Of a DNA stretch of 64,000 nt, positions 57,023 to 64,000 are shown in pieces. This stretch comes from a virus. Lineage: Duplodnaviria; Heunggongvirae; Uroviricota; Caudoviricetes. The first letter of the stretch is position 1. Each line of letters begins with the position of its first letter. The notes under the pieces are model-generated. The model had not been told where the DNA came from, did not search any database, and saw only the letters and a program-made list of their open reading frames with translations. The stretch lies in IMG/VR virus record IMGVR_UViG_3300048598_000131; one strand, written 5' to 3'. The position numbers were made by a program, and so were the translations under genes.

Positions 57023-60000
57023 GTGCTGACAGGCATAAACTATGATTTTTGCAATGGGTTGCACCTGAAATTAGATGGCTACGGAGATGCATCAGATCGA
57101 TTTGATGTAAACCTTTATGACACTAGTAACAGGCTTAGTTCATTGTACAAATCTATTGGTTATAATGAACTACTGTCAGTAGATAAAACGTATTATATAC
57201 CTTGGCGCATCGTTATTAGCCAAGGCCCTTCTGTACTGTTTGATTATACGCTGTCATTACAGGACAAAAAGGTCGTGATAGCTAGTAGCTTAGGACTAGG
57301 CGATACACTCGCGTGGATTCCTTATGTCGATGTATTTCAAAAAGTGCATAAGTGCGCTGTTACTTTCTGGTCGAATTATTCCGATCTTCTTAAATCAGGC
57401 TATCCAAACATTCAATTTACCTCAGATAGCCATTGCGATAATGTATATGCGATGTATCAGCTCGGTTGTAACGACACTATTGGGGGTAAACTATCTCCTG
57501 AGATTTGGTACAAGCAGAATTTGCAAGACGTAGCTAAAACAATATTAGGACTAACTGGTTACGGAGAATTAAAACCAAGTATTGTTTTAGAAGACAATTT
57601 ACAAGACGATCTGTTTAAAGTTGTGTGCATAGCTACAGAGGCTACGTTTGACTGTAAACAGTGGAATTATCCACACGGATGGGAGCACTTAGCTTTTTGG
57701 CTGAAACAGCAGGGCTATACTGTAGTCAACTTAAGTGTTGATAGTAAAAAGATAGCTGGAATAGTCAGCATAGGTAAAAATGCTTCGTTGTTGGATATTG
57801 CCCTTTACATTAAGCACTGTAAATTTTTCATTGGTTTATCCTCTGGGTTGTCCTGGTTAGCTTGGGCTTTTGGTAAAAACATGGCCGTAATATACGGTGC
57901 AACTGAAAGTTGGCATGAGTTCAAAGATAAAATAGCTATTTGTCCACCTGAAGGCGTGTGTCACGGGTGCATACACGCAGGACAGATAGACCGGTCTAAA
58001 CCGGATTGGTGTCCAATGGGTAAAAGTTTTGAATGCACTAAAAGCATAAATCCTCAGCAGGTCATCGATGCTATAAAAGGCTATTTAGTTGCGTCTAAAT
58101 CTACGTTCTTATCGACTATGAATAAACCGCTATGGTCATTTGTACTAATCGCAAAAAATGAGGCAAAGACACTGCCACGATTTATGGGTTCGATAAAAGA
58201 GTTCACGAATCGCGGAGGTATAACAGTGGTGGTGGACACGGGGTCTACAGACGGCACACCTGAGGTGGCGCGCAAATTGGGTTGCATTGTTTACGAAGAG
58301 GGGCGCCGATTTATGACAACAATTTCAGCGGATTTAGCCAATGGGATAAACACGCGGTTTATTGTTGGTGATGATAAGGCAGTTGTATCTAGTGGCCAAG
58401 AACTTTTTGATTATTCAGCAGCCAGAAACTACGCAGCGAGCAAGGCTCCTACTGATGTGATTGCTATGCCTGATTGCGACGAGGCTTGGACAAAATTAGA
58501 CATAGATGCGATCAACAAGGCCATAGAAGATGGTATTGAGCGCTTTGAATACAATTTCGTGTTTAGTCACGATCAATTTGGAAATGAAGTTGTTAAGTTT
58601 CTGCACAGTAAGTTTTATGACCGGAGAAAAGTGCACTGGGAAGGGATAATTCATGAGCTATTGATGGGTGATAGCCGCACAAAGTTTTTTGACGAAAGTG
58701 TGATGAAGTTAGAGCACTGGCAGAATCATGAAACAAATAGATCAGGCTATTTGACCGGATTGGCTCTAGATTGCTATCTGCATCCCGAGAAAGACAGAAA
58801 TAGTCATTATTTTGCGCGTGAAATGCTGTTTATGGGCCGCTATAAATCAGCGATCAAAGAATTTGAGCGGCATATGGCGATGGATAAGTGGCTTCCTGAA
58901 AAAGCGCAGAGCATGATTTATGTTGGAGATTGCTATATCGCGCTGGGAGAAATACAGAAGGGCTTAAACAGTTACTTTCAAGCTTACTGCATGGATGGTA
59001 GTAGACGCGAATCGCTGCTTAAGCTCGCGCATCACTACTATAGACAAAACGATGCACAGCGCACAGCTGCTTTTGCTGCGGCATCGTTGACCGTTCCTTG
59101 GAACAATTTCTATTGCAATACCATGACAGATTATACATTTGAGCCGCATCAGCTCATGTACTGGTCTCTTTGGTGGTTAGGCGATCGAAAAGGCTCTAAA
59201 GAACACTGGGATAAAGCCTTTAACTGTGCAAAGTTTAATCCAAAATTCATTCAAGATGGCGTGTTTTATAACGATTACAAAGAATCAGGAATTGATGGTT
59301 GGATGAACTACAAAGAATGCGTATGGCTACACGGCGTTGCCAATAAAATGGATTCTATTTGTGAGATTGGCTCTTGGAAAGGTCGTAGTACACACGCTTT
59401 ACTGAGTGGGACTAAAGGAACAGTAACGGCTGTTGATCATTTCAAAGGATCTGTCGGAGAAGATGGGCCACATGCAGAAGCGAAGCAACCGGATGATCCC
59501 GTGTACAGACAGTTTATAGAAAACACGAAAGGCTTTGACAACTTAAACGTGTATCGGTCATCCAGTTTAGAAGCAGCAGCACATTTTGAGGGCCAGAAGT
59601 TTGACATGGTTTTTATTGATGCTGAACATAGCTATGAAGCAGTTAAAAAAGACATAAAAGCATGGAAATCAAAAGCTAAGCTCTTAATTTGTGGTCATGA
59701 CTATTCAGATGATTGGCCAGGGGTAAAACGTGCTGTGCATGAAGAGATAGGACTGGTTGATCACTGCGAATCTATATGGTACAAGTGGCTGGTAAATCCA
59801 AAAGTGAGTATCGTTATACCGACGCTAGATCGGCCAGAAAAGCTGGAGAGACTGCTTAACGGAATTAAAGACTGTGCTGGATATTCAAACTATGAAGTAA
59901 TTGTAAAGCAAGACAGCTTTCCTCCGTATAATATCGGTGTTCCTGTGCTGGTTAAGACGGCTGTGGCCGAAAGTAGCGGTGATCTTGTAATGTATCTTGG

Positions 60001-61003
60001 AGATGATTGCGTGCCTAAGCCAGATTTCCTGTTGAATGCTGTGTTGGACATGGCCAGATGGTTTCCTAACTTAGACGGATTAATTGCGTTAAACGATGGC
60101 TACTGGAAGGGCGAGATGGCTACGCACTGGCTGGCGAGCAAAAAATTACTTCAATACCTTGGCGGTGAATTTTTCCATACTGGATATTATCATGCAGGTT
60201 GTGACAATGAGCTAACTGAGCGCTGTCGAATGCTAAACAAGTATGCTTGGAGTGAGCGTGCCTTGGTAGACCATGATCATCCAATTAAAACAGGTTTTAA
60301 GCCTGAACAAATGGATGCTACGATGCAGTTTGCCTATCAAGATGTTCGGCGAACTCATGACCAAAATCTACTTGAAAAACGGTCTAAAATGTTTGGTTTT
60401 ACAGTTAAAGATTTTCATATTGAGCCAGTTGTTCCTAGACAAATATATACTATATGGCTTAATGACAGCCTAGACTATCCTGACTTGATTAAAAAGTGCA
60501 TAGCTACTCACAATTGGCCTGGCTATAGACATCGACTTATTACACTGGATAACTGTAATAAGGATTCAAATTACGTTAAGCGCTGTATTGAGTTAAGACA
60601 GTGGGCTCGCGCCGCAGACTATTTGCGAGCATACTATCTATGGAAAACAGGCGGTATTTACATCGATGCAGACATGGAGGTGCTTAAAGACTTTGACGAC
60701 TATTTAACCTCTCCATTAACTTGTGACAGAGAAGACAACGGATTTATTGCCAATAGCTTTATAAGCGCAAATCAAGGTAATAGAATACTGAAGGCTTATA
60801 TGGACGGTCTTGACGGTAAAGAATTTGACATGAGCGCCGATAGCACGTGGCATAACGGAATGGGCGCGTGGACAGTGCTCATTCAAAACGAATTGAATGG
60901 AGGCGCTAAAGACATCAATGTGCTGGATATTGGTAGCCTACGAGGTAGACTGCTGCATTACTATTCAAGGTCGTGGACGCAAACACCGGCGGTGCTTAAG
61001 TAA
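57023..61003 (+). CDS. multidomain glycosyltransferase/methyltransferase polyprotein (1326 aa): GT9-like, GT2, TPR, SAM-MTase, GT2, GT32-like (DXD)
   Basis: GT9 (heptosyltransferase-like): KVVIASSLGLGDTLAWIPY...GYPNIQF with FIGLSSGLSWLAWAFGKNMAVIYG. GT2: WSFVLIAKNEAKTLPRFMGSI...VVVDTGSTDGT. TPR-like helices at about 600-680. SAM-MTase: ICEIGSWKGRSTHALLSG...FIDAEHSYEAVKKDI...ICGHDY. Second GT2: KVSIVIPTLDRPEKLERLL...YLGDDCVP. C-terminal Gly_transf_sug/GT32-like: IYTIWLND...YLRAYYLWKTGGIYIDADMEV. Confidence 0.8.
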   Translation: MLTGINYDFCNGLHLKLDGYGDASDRFDVNLYDTSNRLSSLYKSIGYNELLSVDKTYYIPWRIVISQGPSVLFDYTLSLQDKKVVIASSLGLGDTLAWIPYVDVFQKVHKCAVTFWSNYSDLLKSGYPNIQFTSDSHCDNVYAMYQLGCNDTIGGKLSPEIWYKQNLQDVAKTILGLTGYGELKPSIVLEDNLQDDLFKVVCIATEATFDCKQWNYPHGWEHLAFWLKQQGYTVVNLSVDSKKIAGIVSIGKNASLLDIALYIKHCKFFIGLSSGLSWLAWAFGKNMAVIYGATESWHEFKDKIAICPPEGVCHGCIHAGQIDRSKPDWCPMGKSFECTKSINPQQVIDAIKGYLVASKSTFLSTMNKPLWSFVLIAKNEAKTLPRFMGSIKEFTNRGGITVVVDTGSTDGTPEVARKLGCIVYEEGRRFMTTISADLANGINTRFIVGDDKAVVSSGQELFDYSAARNYAASKAPTDVIAMPDCDEAWTKLDIDAINKAIEDGIERFEYNFVFSHDQFGNEVVKFLHSKFYDRRKVHWEGIIHELLMGDSRTKFFDESVMKLEHWQNHETNRSGYLTGLALDCYLHPEKDRNSHYFAREMLFMGRYKSAIKEFERHMAMDKWLPEKAQSMIYVGDCYIALGEIQKGLNSYFQAYCMDGSRRESLLKLAHHYYRQNDAQRTAAFAAASLTVPWNNFYCNTMTDYTFEPHQLMYWSLWWLGDRKGSKEHWDKAFNCAKFNPKFIQDGVFYNDYKESGIDGWMNYKECVWLHGVANKMDSICEIGSWKGRSTHALLSGTKGTVTAVDHFKGSVGEDGPHAEAKQPDDPVYRQFIENTKGFDNLNVYRSSSLEAAAHFEGQKFDMVFIDAEHSYEAVKKDIKAWKSKAKLLICGHDYSDDWPGVKRAVHEEIGLVDHCESIWYKWLVNPKVSIVIPTLDRPEKLERLLNGIKDCAGYSNYEVIVKQDSFPPYNIGVPVLVKTAVAESSGDLVMYLGDDCVPKPDFLLNAVLDMARWFPNLDGLIALNDGYWKGEMATHWLASKKLLQYLGGEFFHTGYYHAGCDNELTERCRMLNKYAWSERALVDHDHPIKTGFKPEQMDATMQFAYQDVRRTHDQNLLEKRSKMFGFTVKDFHIEPVVPRQIYTIWLNDSLDYPDLIKKCIATHNWPGYRHRLITLDNCNKDSNYVKRCIELRQWARAADYLRAYYLWKTGGIYIDADMEVLKDFDDYLTSPLTCDREDNGFIANSFISANQGNRILKAYMDGLDGKEFDMSADSTWHNGMGAWTVLIQNELNGGAKDINVLDIGSLRGRLLHYYSRSWTQTPAVLK

Positions 61004-61021
61004 TCATCTTGACGCCAGCAT

Positions 61022-61486
61022 TCAGTTGCTGGCGTCTTTTTGTACAGCTTGGCCAGATTTGTCTACGTGTGATAGCATTGATCCAAGTAAAGGCACGCGG
61101 TCTTCAACGCGCTTTAGGAGCCATTTGTGCGCTAGCCACGCGCCAGCGCCTATGATTGCTCCTAGAAGTATGTTTCGCCCTAGCCAGACTCTGAAGCTTG
61201 TATGCGCAGGTATGTCTGAAATTAGCGGGGTAAAGGTCATGCCCCACAGGATACACGCTAGCGGTATGCCGTTATTTGGGAAGTTTTTAGCTAATCTCAG
61301 TGCATAGCCAAAAATTATGCAAGTTATGCCCACAAGCAGACTAGAGGGTAGTCCGTACAGCGAATTGAGCAGCTGTATGAAACTATCTGAAAAGCTGTTG
61401 TCTACGTCATAGAGGCTCGGAACGTTTGTGTCTCCATAGGCGCAAAACGCACTCGTCACTAAGCATAAACAAATGCAGTATTTCAT
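61022..61486 (-). CDS. hypothetical secreted/membrane protein
   Basis: 154 aa with an N-terminal signal-like segment MKYCICLCLVTSAFCAYG. Three more hydrophobic segments follow. Confidence 0.5.
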   Translation of the reverse strand: MKYCICLCLVTSAFCAYGDTNVPSLYDVDNSFSDSFIQLLNSLYGLPSSLLVGITCIIFGYALRLAKNFPNNGIPLACILWGMTFTPLISDIPAHTSFRVWLGRNILLGAIIGAGAWLAHKWLLKRVEDRVPLLGSMLSHVDKSGQAVQKDASN

Positions 61487-61489
61487 AAT

Positions 61490-61939
61490 TTAACTACGCC
61501 AGTTATGCTCAGGGCAAGCTTCTGTTTTTAGCTTGGCCTTGCTGAATACAATACATCTGCATATTTGGCATTGAAACCAACGATAGTTTTTGCATGCTTT
61601 GCACGCTGTAATTCTATCGGTATATTCAGTGTCTGACACTAGTGGATAGCCTGCTTCTTTCCAGAGCTTAACAGCTTCGAATAAGTGTTTAAAGACATCA
61701 GACCAGGCTAATGGTTCTATTTCTTTGCTATTTTTAGCCCCGCAGCACCTTTTAATTTTTGTATTTTCGGTTTTATTAGCTGCGATCGGCATGTAACCAA
61801 CAGCCTGTATTCCTGGAAATTTTTTAAGCGGACAACCTAATGTATTTTGCAGTGAATGTCCGAGCATGCAAACACCTTTCCAATTTGCGCAATTAGTACA
61901 AATGGCTTTGCGTGCATAAAATATTTTAGAGTCAATCAT
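61490..61939 (-). CDS. hypothetical Cys-rich protein
   Basis: 149 aa with about 17 Cys, including CTNC...C, CKAC and CQIC pairs. Confidence 0.5.
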   Translation of the reverse strand: MIDSKIFYARKAICTNCANWKGVCMLGHSLQNTLGCPLKKFPGIQAVGYMPIAANKTENTKIKRCCGAKNSKEIEPLAWSDVFKHLFEAVKLWKEAGYPLVSDTEYTDRITACKACKNYRWFQCQICRCIVFSKAKLKTEACPEHNWRS

Positions 61940-61955
61940 CTCAAGTAGTTACGAT

Positions 61956-63635
61956 GTGAAAGTGAACACAATTGTTACACGGCTGATAGAGATGAATTTG
62001 ATTAATGGAAAAGCTCTAGACCAAGAGCTAGATCAAATATCTTCGGGAATCATTGATCCTAAGCTGGAAGTATGGTTTAAGAAAGTCGTAAGATATTGGG
62101 TGTTTAATTTAGATAAGTTAAATCAGCCATATCATGCACAGGCAGAACCTAGGTCTAAACGCGTTGGCGGAAGACCATCAGATTTTTACGTTAATCCAGG
62201 CCCTGGACCACTGTATGATCCTAGCCAAGCTCCAAAGGATAAATCGGGTGTATGTCCTGTGTGCAAAGGCCAAAAAGGGGTTTACACTGATGATAAATGG
62301 ACTGCATGCAAATACTGTAATGGCACAGGTGCGTACGAGGTTCCTTATGGAGGCGGTTCAAAATGTGAACTGTGCAAAGGAAAAGGCCGTGTTAAAAAGC
62401 AGAATGGTTTAACGATTCCTGCCGATACAGATGATCCTGATTCAAAAGAATGTCCAGCGTGCAAAGGCATAGGTAGCAAAGAAACATGCAGAGCTTGTAA
62501 TGGAAGAGGGCACAAAGGGGCTACAAATGAGCCGTGTGATGTGTGTAAAGGCAGTGGAATTAGACCGGTTAAATCTGCTATAGGAAGTGAAGGATTTCAT
62601 ATAGGAGATTCTAAAGTAGTTGATTTGGTAAATTCTATACTAAATGAGGTTAATGATAATTATGATCCAGCGGATAGAACGTATGCTACTGCGCTTAATA
62701 CAGGTGGTAATGAATGTGAGACGTGCCGTGCTATTGGTAAAATAGATCCTGATTGTCCATACTGCCATGGAACAGGAATCATTGACGCTGATACAGCAAG
62801 AGACATAAAGGCTAATTTTAATAAGTTTGATCCGAGTCAGGCCAAAGATTCAAGATTTTACGGCGAAGCTCCTACAAAGAGTGAATTAGAGCCGTGGATG
62901 AAAGGTAACGACTATCAATTTTTTGATCCTATTCGAACAAGTGATAGATATCTATTTGAACTTCTTAATAATTTAGTACACTATTTGAATTTTATACATG
63001 ATAATTTAGAACTACCTGATGAAACGCATACTGAAATATACGGCGAAATTGATGATGTAAAAGATTTGCGTAAAAGGATAGAGGCTAGAAAACTACAGGC
63101 TAAAAGTGCGTATAAAAAAATAGAACAATCATTGGCACATCCTAACGATATTGATGTGTTTAAATCAATAATGTCTGATTGTTATGACTGGATAGATAAA
63201 ATACATAATAATTATGTATTTTCATTAGTTAATGGTTTTCGCACATTAAAACGGGAGGGTTCATTTGTGCTTAAGCAGTGTTTGTCTGTAGACGCAGTGT
63301 TGAAGGGAGCAAGTGTGCCTTGGCTTGTTATGCCTAGGGAGACAAAACATGAATGGTGTTTAAATCGACCGTATAGTGCTAATGACTATTTTAATCACGG
63401 TACGATATACTACGTAGAAAAAGACGGAATGGCATATTTCTCTATATACGTTTCAGCAAAAGATAGTAGGTACTTTAATCAGTGTAAGTTACCTAATAAT
63501 GAAGTGTTAGACAAAGTTCCTGACATCGAGAAAGAAGTTGCTCCGTTTCTAGTAGACACTAATTTTGAGCCAGAAGATTTTAAGCCTGATGCTAAAAATT
63601 TGGGCGATATGATTCAGGCTATGCGCTTGGCGTAA
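61956..63635 (+). CDS. protein with eight DnaJ-type CxxCxGxG zinc-finger repeats plus a large C-terminal domain
   Basis: The repeats are CPVCKGQKG, CKYCNGTGA, CELCKGKGR, CPACKGIGS, CRACNGRGH, CDVCKGSGI, CETCRAIGK and CPYCHGTGI. The spacing is like the DnaJ cysteine-rich domain. There is no J domain. Confidence 0.65.
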   Translation: MKVNTIVTRLIEMNLINGKALDQELDQISSGIIDPKLEVWFKKVVRYWVFNLDKLNQPYHAQAEPRSKRVGGRPSDFYVNPGPGPLYDPSQAPKDKSGVCPVCKGQKGVYTDDKWTACKYCNGTGAYEVPYGGGSKCELCKGKGRVKKQNGLTIPADTDDPDSKECPACKGIGSKETCRACNGRGHKGATNEPCDVCKGSGIRPVKSAIGSEGFHIGDSKVVDLVNSILNEVNDNYDPADRTYATALNTGGNECETCRAIGKIDPDCPYCHGTGIIDADTARDIKANFNKFDPSQAKDSRFYGEAPTKSELEPWMKGNDYQFFDPIRTSDRYLFELLNNLVHYLNFIHDNLELPDETHTEIYGEIDDVKDLRKRIEARKLQAKSAYKKIEQSLAHPNDIDVFKSIMSDCYDWIDKIHNNYVFSLVNGFRTLKREGSFVLKQCLSVDAVLKGASVPWLVMPRETKHEWCLNRPYSANDYFNHGTIYYVEKDGMAYFSIYVSAKDSRYFNQCKLPNNEVLDKVPDIEKEVAPFLVDTNFEPEDFKPDAKNLGDMIQAMRLA

Positions 63636-63687
63636 TCATTATTTTTTACTTGCAAATCTTGCGTTGATGGTGTTCTTTTGTATACAA

Positions 63688-64000
63688 ATGAATGTCATTA
63701 ACGTATGCGACGTTGAAAAACGCGTTAATTGCTACTCTGCACGAGCAAAATTACCAGCAGTGCGCTGTTGGATTAATACTGTTGCACGAAATCATTTCTT
63801 AGGCAAATTAAGTGCGAGCGATATTGAGGCAAATTTCAAGAAATATGATCCAAATGATGTCTTTATGGCCAAGAGGGAGGAATTACCTGATTGGGCTAAA
63901 TGTGCGCTGAAACGCAATGAACCACTAATGTGGTTTGATTTGCACCGTTCTCAGAATGCTGGCATTTGGAATGTCCTAGATAACATTTTGCTGTGGTTTA
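63688..64000 (+). CDS. hypothetical protein, 3'-truncated by window end
   Basis: Open from the ATG at 63688 to the window edge, with no stop: MNVINVCDVEKRVNCYSARAKLPAVRCWINTVARNHF.... Confidence 0.4.
   Translation, partial: MNVINVCDVEKRVNCYSARAKLPAVRCWINTVARNHFLGKLSASDIEANFKKYDPNDVFMAKREELPDWAKCALKRNEPLMWFDLHRSQNAGIWNVLDNILLWF

Noticed and set aside
1-64000. Giant-virus (Mimivirus-like) origin suggested by the collagen-like repeats and glycosyltransferases
   Set aside because: Transcription signals are bacterial: TTGACA -35 boxes with 17-bp spacers and intrinsic terminators. There are lipobox lipoproteins, an SMR transporter, HflKC, an enterobacterial-like ThyA and a bacterial-type tRNA. 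There are no introns or eukaryotic promoter motifs. A large bacteriophage is the most economical explanation.

Overview
This window looks like a densely packed, almost entirely plus-strand coding region of a large bacteriophage, not a cellular or eukaryotic-virus locus. The bacterial context rests on sigma70-type TTGACA promoters with a conserved A/T-rich upstream element, rho-independent terminators, lipobox signal peptides, a tRNA gene and an SMR-type transporter. GC is about 42%. Positions 1 to about 24.7 kb read as an early or accessory region of roughly 60 small ORFs, most without recognisable homology and many in tandem paralogous families. The recognisable genes there are a NUDIX hydrolase, Lar-family zinc-ribbon (anti-restriction-like) proteins, an XRE-type HTH regulator, a tRNA-Arg(UCU) preceded by an array of repeated hairpin units, an SMR efflux gene interrupted by an in-frame TGA, and a BCS1-like AAA+ ATPase. 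From 24.7 kb onward the content becomes structural and accessory. It includes a 952-aa internally repeated protein, a phage-encoded HflK/HflC (SPFH) pair behind an RHH gene, a MazG-like NTP pyrophosphatase, and a bona fide thymidylate synthase. Four collagen-like genes carry Gly-Tyr-Thr triplet repeats, including a 2727-aa modular giant fibre with a C-terminal S74 intramolecular-chaperone domain. A candidate fibre-glycosylation module is also present: a SAM methyltransferase, a Thr/Ser-rich mucin-like protein and a 1326-aa GT9-GT2-TPR-MTase-GT2-GT32 polyprotein. A protein with eight DnaJ-type CxxCxGxG zinc fingers lies at 61956..63635. The findings judged most interesting are the collagen-like fibre with its glycosylation toolkit, the SMR gene carrying an in-frame UGA-C, the hairpin array plus tRNA, the structured roughly 500-bp non-coding region at 16.2 to 16.7 kb, and the HflKC pair.
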